The notes below the pieces were generated by a model that was not told the DNA's origin, did no database searches, and saw only the letters and a list, made by a program, of their open reading frames with translations. Shown here one piece after another: positions 55,306-64,000 of a stretch of DNA of 64,000 nucleotides. Origin of the DNA: Octopus sinensis (taxonomy: Eukaryota); assembly GCF_006345805.1 (NCBI RefSeq), contig NC_043003.1, positions 66,960,001-67,024,000 of the forward strand. The letters run 5' to 3'. Numbering within the stretch: the first letter of the stretch is position 1; the number at the start of each line of letters is the position of its first letter. The translations under genes and the position numbers were made by a program.

Positions 55306-55308
<3 letters not shown>
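55081..55308 (-). mobile_element. About 230-bp hammerhead-bearing element between two (TA)n tracts
   Basis: Unique segment bounded by (TA)n on both sides and containing the motif at 55113-55203. Confidence 0.65.
55113..55203 (-). ncRNA. Type-I hammerhead ribozyme, complete canonical core, extended stem II
   Basis: Minus strand TTTTAG CTGATGA GTAC-(52 nt)-GTAT GAAA CGATCG T A CTAAAA: 6-bp stem I, stem II extendable by GGGAC/GTCCT, palindromic ACGATCGT stem III, GUA site. Confidence 0.75.
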
Positions 55309-55367
<59 letters not shown>

Positions 55368-55515
55368 CACACACACACACACACACACACAATATTTACA
55401 TTTGACGGATATTTGTCCTCATCTTGTTTGCTGTTAACACAACATTTGTGATATACCCTCTAGCCTTCATCAGCTGTCTTGGGGAAATTTCGAACCTGGG
55501 TTCTCATTCCTAAGG

Positions 55516-55605
<90 letters not shown>

Positions 55606-55624
55606 TCAGGTTATATATATAAAA

Positions 55625-55814
55625 TAGTTGTATACTGTCAACTTAACGTAACAGTCCCATGTAGGACTGTCGGCCTTGACACATTCCTGTGTTCTTATGT
55701 TTACACAGGAAATGTGTCAAGGCCGACAGGAAGCGTTGCTGCTTCCTAGGGCTAAATATTAGTAGTATTATTCCCTTCATGGGACTGTCACAATAAGTTG
55801 AAAGTATAGAACTA
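55625..55814. repeat. Branched inverted-repeat element (37-bp outer stem, 26-bp inner hairpin, 6-bp hairpin)
   Basis: 55625-55661 pairs with 55778-55814; 55667-55692 pairs with 55703-55729; GGAAGC/GCTTCC follows. Confidence 0.85.
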
Positions 55815-55879
55815 CTTTATCGTATTACTACTGCATAAATCTCTCTGAGAGATTTAGAAATTTATATATATAATATATA

Positions 55880-55935
<56 letters not shown>

Positions 55936-56419
55936 GAGTTTTATAAATGCATCCAGCAATATTTTCGTTTTAGAAATAATCTTTCAAAAATGTTGTGGTC
56001 GAGTGGTCAACAGTTCGCTTCCAAACCACATGATTTTGGGCTCGGTCTTATTACATGGCACATTGGGAAGTGTCTCCGTCTAAAGTTCCAGGTTGACCAA
56101 AGCCTTCCGACTGGATTCGGTAGGCGGGAAATGAAAGGGGCCCGTCAATATTGTGGTGTGTATCACTGTCTGCCCCCCCTCCCACCGCTCGAGGACCGGT
56201 GTTGATGTATTTTCGCCCCGAAACTCAAGCGGTGCGGCGAAAGTGATCGACAGAATAAGTAGCAGGCGTTAAAAAGTAATGAAGAGGTAGATTCGTTCAA
56301 CTAATAATTTTCAAGCCAGTGCCCCAGCGTGGCCGCATTCTAATAACTGAAAGAATTAAAAGGCAATGTATATATATGTATGTATGTATACACATACACA
56401 CACACATACATGATAAATC

Positions 56420-56600
56420 GCTAGCCACTACACATTCTTTCTTTTCTCTCCTTGTTTCTTTCTGTGTTCCCTTCTATGGAAGAGTGTAGGCTCGAAACGT
56501 TAAAGACATTTTCACTTCTCGAGCGTTATACTAATACATCTGTTTGTTGTCTACACTACCTGTCTTCGTCTTTTGTTTCTTTTTGTGAATTCTCTCACAA
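56420..56600 (+). mobile_element. Short element with a decayed hammerhead-like motif, abutting (TA)n
   Basis: CCTT CTATGGA A GAGT GTAG GCTC GAAACGT T AAAG: stem II and GAAACGT preserved, CUGANGA mutated. Confidence 0.4.
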
Positions 56601-57519
56601 TATATATATATATATGTATATATTTATATGTATATATATATATATATATATAATATATATATATTATATATATATATATATATATATGTATATACTTATA
56701 TATACATACATATATGTATATATATGTATATATATGTATATATATACATATGTGTGTATATGTGCACATGTGTATATAAATATATATATACATATATATT
56801 TACATACACATATATATTTATACATGCATACACATACACATATATATGTGTGTGCGTGTGTGTGTGTATGTATGTGTGTGGGTGCGCATGTGTATGTGAG
56901 AGTGAATACATATCTGCATGTGTATATGTGAAGTCATGTTTTGCTTTTCATTCCTCCTTAGCATCGATTTAGCCTTTGCTCCGTTCTAGTAACTCTATGG
57001 CTCTTAACACAGAAATCTCTGGCGTTATGCCAATGTAACAACAAGCCGTTATCATATTGAACTTGTCCAGTAAATATCTGTTTGAAATATTCCTGGTATT
57101 CCCGGAGATCTGGAATCACTATGAATTTCCGTTGAAACTATTTATCTTCGGTATATCAGACAAAGGTATAATCCTCACAAATTCACTTTATAACTACCCC
57201 TTATGAATGTGGCTCCTTGTATTTAGTCAAAATATGAAAGAATTTCGTGCAAAGATATACTCGGAACATGGCTTTAGGTCGAGGCCATGCTGTATGGCAA
57301 GAAATTAGCTTCCCACACAAATGGTTTCCCATTCAGTCTCCTATAGACCCGGGCCTACCAGAACTTATCAATGAACTTCGTAGACAGAGACTCAATGAAA
57401 CACCATCATATTTATATATAAAATTAAATAAGGGTAGAAATTGATATCAATCAATTAAAACCATGGCCTGGCATATTTAAAAAATCCGAAATTTAAAAAT
57501 TATTTTACACACAAAATTT

Positions 57520-57624
57520 AGCCTATATGCTAGATATAGACGATCTTTTTTGGTGAGTTTCTTCTTGAGAACATATTCTTCGTGGAAAATGGCGAGTTTG
57601 ACGTCTATATCTAGCATAAAGGCT
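57520..57624. mobile_element. Small inverted-repeat element (about 23-bp arms)
   Basis: AGCCTATATGCTAGATATAGACG / CGTCTATATCTAGCATAAAGGCT. Confidence 0.7.
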
Positions 57625-57682
57625 GTCCACTTCTAGTGGTCAGTCCTCCAAATTTTGTACATATATATATATGTATATATAT

Positions 57683-57768
57683 ATACTAAGCAATAAAGGG
57701 TTTAGCAACGAATTGCCTTACCACATGTGGTAAGGCAATTCGTTGCTAAACCCTTTATTGCTTAGTAT
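57683..57768. repeat. Perfect 86-bp spacer-less palindrome (centre 57725/57726)
   Basis: ATACTAAGCAATAAAGGGTTTAGCAACGAATTGCCTTACCACA followed directly by its exact reverse complement. Confidence 0.95.
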
Positions 57769-58416
57769 TACTTAAATTCTCCTCGAATGAGGCTTTTACA
57801 TGCCGAAGACTACTTGGTGTAATTGATATTATCCAAATTAATTAATTTCCCCTTCATTATTATGTATATATATATATATATATATATATTTATGTATGTA
57901 TTATATATATTATATATTATATATATATAATATAGATATATATGTGTGTGTATGTATGTATGTATCTATGTATATACATATATTTATACGCACACGTATG
58001 TATATACCTATACATAAGCATATATATGCATAATCATTTATATGTACACTGGCATATACATACACACACACACATGTGTGTGTGTGCGTTTGCAATTGTG
58101 TTTGTCTGTCCACTAACCGCTTCACATCCGGTATTGGTTTGTTTAAGTCCACTTCACTAAAACTTTAACACAAAAGCACCGTGGTCTTTTAAAAATAAAT
58201 ATGGAGTCGATTTGTTCGACTACACGTTTCAAGACGATGCTCCAGCATGGCCGCAGTTCAATAACTGAAACAAGTAAAAAAAAATTATAGATAAAAGAAC
58301 ACGAAGCATCATCATTCAAAATGATTGATAGTTTATAGATAGAGTTATGACTAAGCCCCATTGTGATCACTCATCCTGTTAGATATAATGTATTGCAACA
58401 TATACGATTTATTTGA

Positions 58417-58447
<31 letters not shown>

Positions 58448-61199
58448 GAAGGAAGAAAGAAAGAAAGAAAGGTAATAGGACAGTTGAAACAGAGTTTGGG
58501 CCTAAACAGCAGGAACAGTAACAATTATTTGGTGAGATAGTCTCCATTAAGACACTTGTACTGCAAAAATATCAACCAAATTCCTCTTAAATCACAATCT
58601 ACAGCTTTTACAAATGTCTATAAAAAAAGAATACAAAATTTATATAAAATTAATTAGAAATAAAACGGAAAAGTCATATTGCAGTTGTTTATCTAATCAA
58701 CATATTGGATAAATTTAATTCATAACAAAAATGGCGGAGTTTGATCAAGTAACAAAACCAAACTACAACAACATCAGCAATCCAATATATTGGTTTCCCA
58801 ATTGATTTTCTTTTCACTTGTTACAAACTCTTATGTTTAACCCTTTGCCTGTCCAACACATTTGCATAAGTTAATCTTAAACCTCCATGCTTGTTTTCTA
58901 ACTTTTGGTTAGGCCTTGTTTCATACGCTCCGAGTAATATCATGCTTTCCTTCATAATTTCCACGATATTCTAGTGATTGAAAAAAATTGCTAGAGTATC
59001 ATATGTTATGTATGGACACCAGGGAAATATGTCATTTGTGCTACAGAGGACAGGCAAAAGCTTAGCGAACGCTTTTCCTTCATACATATATATAATTGTA
59101 AAATCTACACTTTTTTTTACGATAAAGTGGGAAGGAAGATATATAAATTTGCATCGAGGTTGTGGTCATCATATGAACATCCTTGCTATACAACTCATGC
59201 AGCGTTTGATACAAAGATGGTAATAGAATTACCCAATGCTCCACTAATACAACAGTTGAATATGGTATCACAGATTCCACTCATAATATCATTAAAAAAA
59301 ATTTTGCCTGGTCAGACCTAGTTTTAAATAGAAAAACTTAAAACAGCAAACTACAAACACAGAGTCGTCAAAGGCATGCCGTCACATCGTTCGACTTTTC
59401 TGTTTTGGATTCCTATCCATAAAGCTTACTAGCTTCGAACCTCCTCATTTCCGGCTAACCTGACTCAATCCTCTCTTCATTTTCGTCATTCACATTATGT
59501 GTGTTGCGTACCGTTGACATCGCACTAACGATTTCCTAAAGTATTTTTTCTCATACATTCATCTCACTGTAATTCACTATATGCTCAGAATATTTCGTTT
59601 TTCTATTAATTGGTTGCATGACTCTTGATGTGTACTCGTGTAGAAACATGTTTTGTTGTTTCCGGTGACAAACACACACACACACTGGTTCTATTTCACT
59701 TCTGTATTATTTATACATCAATTGCTTAATTATTTGATTAATTTACTAATCGTTTGTTGGATTAATCGTTCGGTTAAGTTAATCAATGACTTAATCAAGT
59801 GAACGATCAGTTAAATTTGACACAGTCCTAACTGTACGCTAAGTCAAACAATGTATGATTTCATTGGTTAAACCATTAACCAACTGAAAAATAAATAATA
59901 AGCGCATTCGTGGATATGTGGTAAGAAGTTTATTTCCCAACATCATGGTTTCGGTTTCAGTCCCACTGCGTGGCACCTTGGACAACGTTTTTCTACTATA
60001 GCTTCGCGCTGACTAAAGCCTTGTGAGTCGATTTGGTAGACGGAAAATGAAAGAAACCCGTTGTATATGTATGTGTGTGTATGTGTTTGCGTGTCTGTGT
60101 GTGTGTGCGTGTGTGTGTGCGAATGAGCGTGTGTGTGAATATATGAGTGTCTATGTGCCTGTGTTTATGTACCCATAACGTAGCAGCTGGACAAAGTGAC
60201 CGATAGAATAAGTGTCAGTCTTTAAGAAAAGAAATAAGTGCTGGGGCTGAATAAATCGACTAAAATTCTTGAAGGCCGTACCCCAGCATAGCCACAGTCT
60301 AATGACTGAAACCAGTAAAAAGCAAAAGAAATGAAAACATTCGCTCAAAGTAGACTTGCATTGAAGAAAGCGTGTCTTCGATAAAGTTGCAAATGGCGAC
60401 GAAAAGATTTTTACAAACCTAACAGAACGATTAATCAAACAAGACATTCAGTTAATTGGTTAAACCGTTAACCAACAGAAAAATAAATAATAATCAAATC
60501 ACATAGAAACAGTGAGTGTGTTATTATTGTTACTATTCGCTCGTCGGTACTGTTCCATTCCCTTTCAGTGATCAACTTGAAGCTGTAGTTGAATTGTATC
60601 AACTCCACCGACTACACGAGTTTGGTAGGGACAACAAGTGGGTTCTATAGACCCTCGTTCTCCAGAACAAATCATTAGAATAATATTCAGAAATAAATAT
60701 TGATGGAGATTTGTTTGCTTTGCTCTTTATTTCTCCCATCTTTTATATATTCTTTTGTGTATATTTCTTTTGATTAGTTCTGTGTGCTTAAGTCAGAAAA
60801 ACAGAAAAGTGAGTTATATTATGTTTCTTTTGAGAAAGCAGATCATCACTATAAAGTATGTTTTTTTTTTGTGCCGTTTTCGATTTGTTTTTAGTCTTCG
60901 CTTTACGATATTATGCACTATTTGGAAACACATACGCATGCATAGTATATTAAGGAGTGAAGTATTTCAAGAGAAATATAGCAGGAGGGACAGAGAGTGG
61001 GTGGGGGAAAAAAGAGAGAGGAAAAATACAGGAAGAAACAGAATGAGAGGAGTGAAGGCAAGGGAGGAACCAAAATGCATAAATACTGTCGGAAAAAAGA
61101 AACATCGAAAATCCATACATACTTAATAAAATTGGCATAGTAGTTACACGTAATAAATAAATAGACATATAAATAAATACATCGGTATATGTTTGTGGC

Positions 61200-63290
<2,091 letters not shown>

Positions 63291-64000
63291 ACAAGTGTGC
63301 TGCTGCAGAACTGGATAAAAAACAAACATGAAGTATTTTCAGAGAAATGAAGACAAATATGCAGAGAGATACAAAAAACAAAATGAAAAACACATGAGAA
63401 AATGGAATGGTAGAGGAAAGACTAAAGCAATAGATGAAATTATATATACATACATACAAACACACACACATATATATATATACATCCATACAAACACACA
63501 CACACATATATATATATATATGTATTTATATACGTTAACCACCGTCAGCCTCTCTCCTCTCTAACAAAACGAGAAATAAGTAAAAGACAATGAAAAATGC
63601 AATATACATATAGCTGAAAAGAGATTGGAATGATAAAACAAAACAGCAATAACAACAACAACCACGATTACAACTGCACCAACTATATTGCAAGTAATAA
63701 CAACTACAACTACAAGCAAATGCCTTCTAATGTTTCTTTGTTAGAAATCGATATTTTCATTTATAATGATATTTATCCATTTTTAAAACTATATATTTTT
63801 CTTCTTGTTCTTTCTATATAAACATCAATCAACGGACGATTCTATGATATACGGCTCCTGTGCATATATATATTTATATATGTGTGTCTTTCTGTGCTTC
63901 TGTGTATGTGTGTGTGTGTTTCTGTGTGTGTATGCATGTATAATGGTATATATGTACATATGTGTGTGTGTGTGCATATGTGTGTATATATATTCATGTA

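Overview
Eukaryotic, AT-rich, extremely repeat-dense non-coding DNA. The repeat repertoire (two abundant tRNA-headed SINE families, huge (TA)n/(CA)n/(TAA)n/(GATA)n tracts, RTE, CR1-like, R4-like and Penelope-like remnants) looks like a coleoid cephalopod, probably Octopus; this is an inference from pattern recognition, not a search. No intact host gene is visible. Almost all ORFs in the supplied track are microsatellite or minisatellite read-throughs. Real coding signal is limited to transposon relics: two mariner copies, a rosa/maT-like Tc1-mariner family, CR1-like, RTE, R4-like and Tx1-like LINE fragments, a possible Penelope remnant, and one low-confidence 94-bp candidate exon. The most striking hidden signal is a set of short, mutually unrelated interspersed elements that each carry a minimal type-I hammerhead ribozyme fold with a palindromic (dimer-type) stem III. 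These include a canonical-core copy with a long stem II (55113-55203), a U3-A8 compensatory variant (22252-22293), and copies enclosed by inverted repeats. Also notable are a 1.8-kb 20-bp minisatellite fused directly to a degenerate (TTAGGG)n tract, two perfect spacer-less palindromes, and a branched hairpin element. Coordinates were counted by hand and element edges are approximate unless stated.
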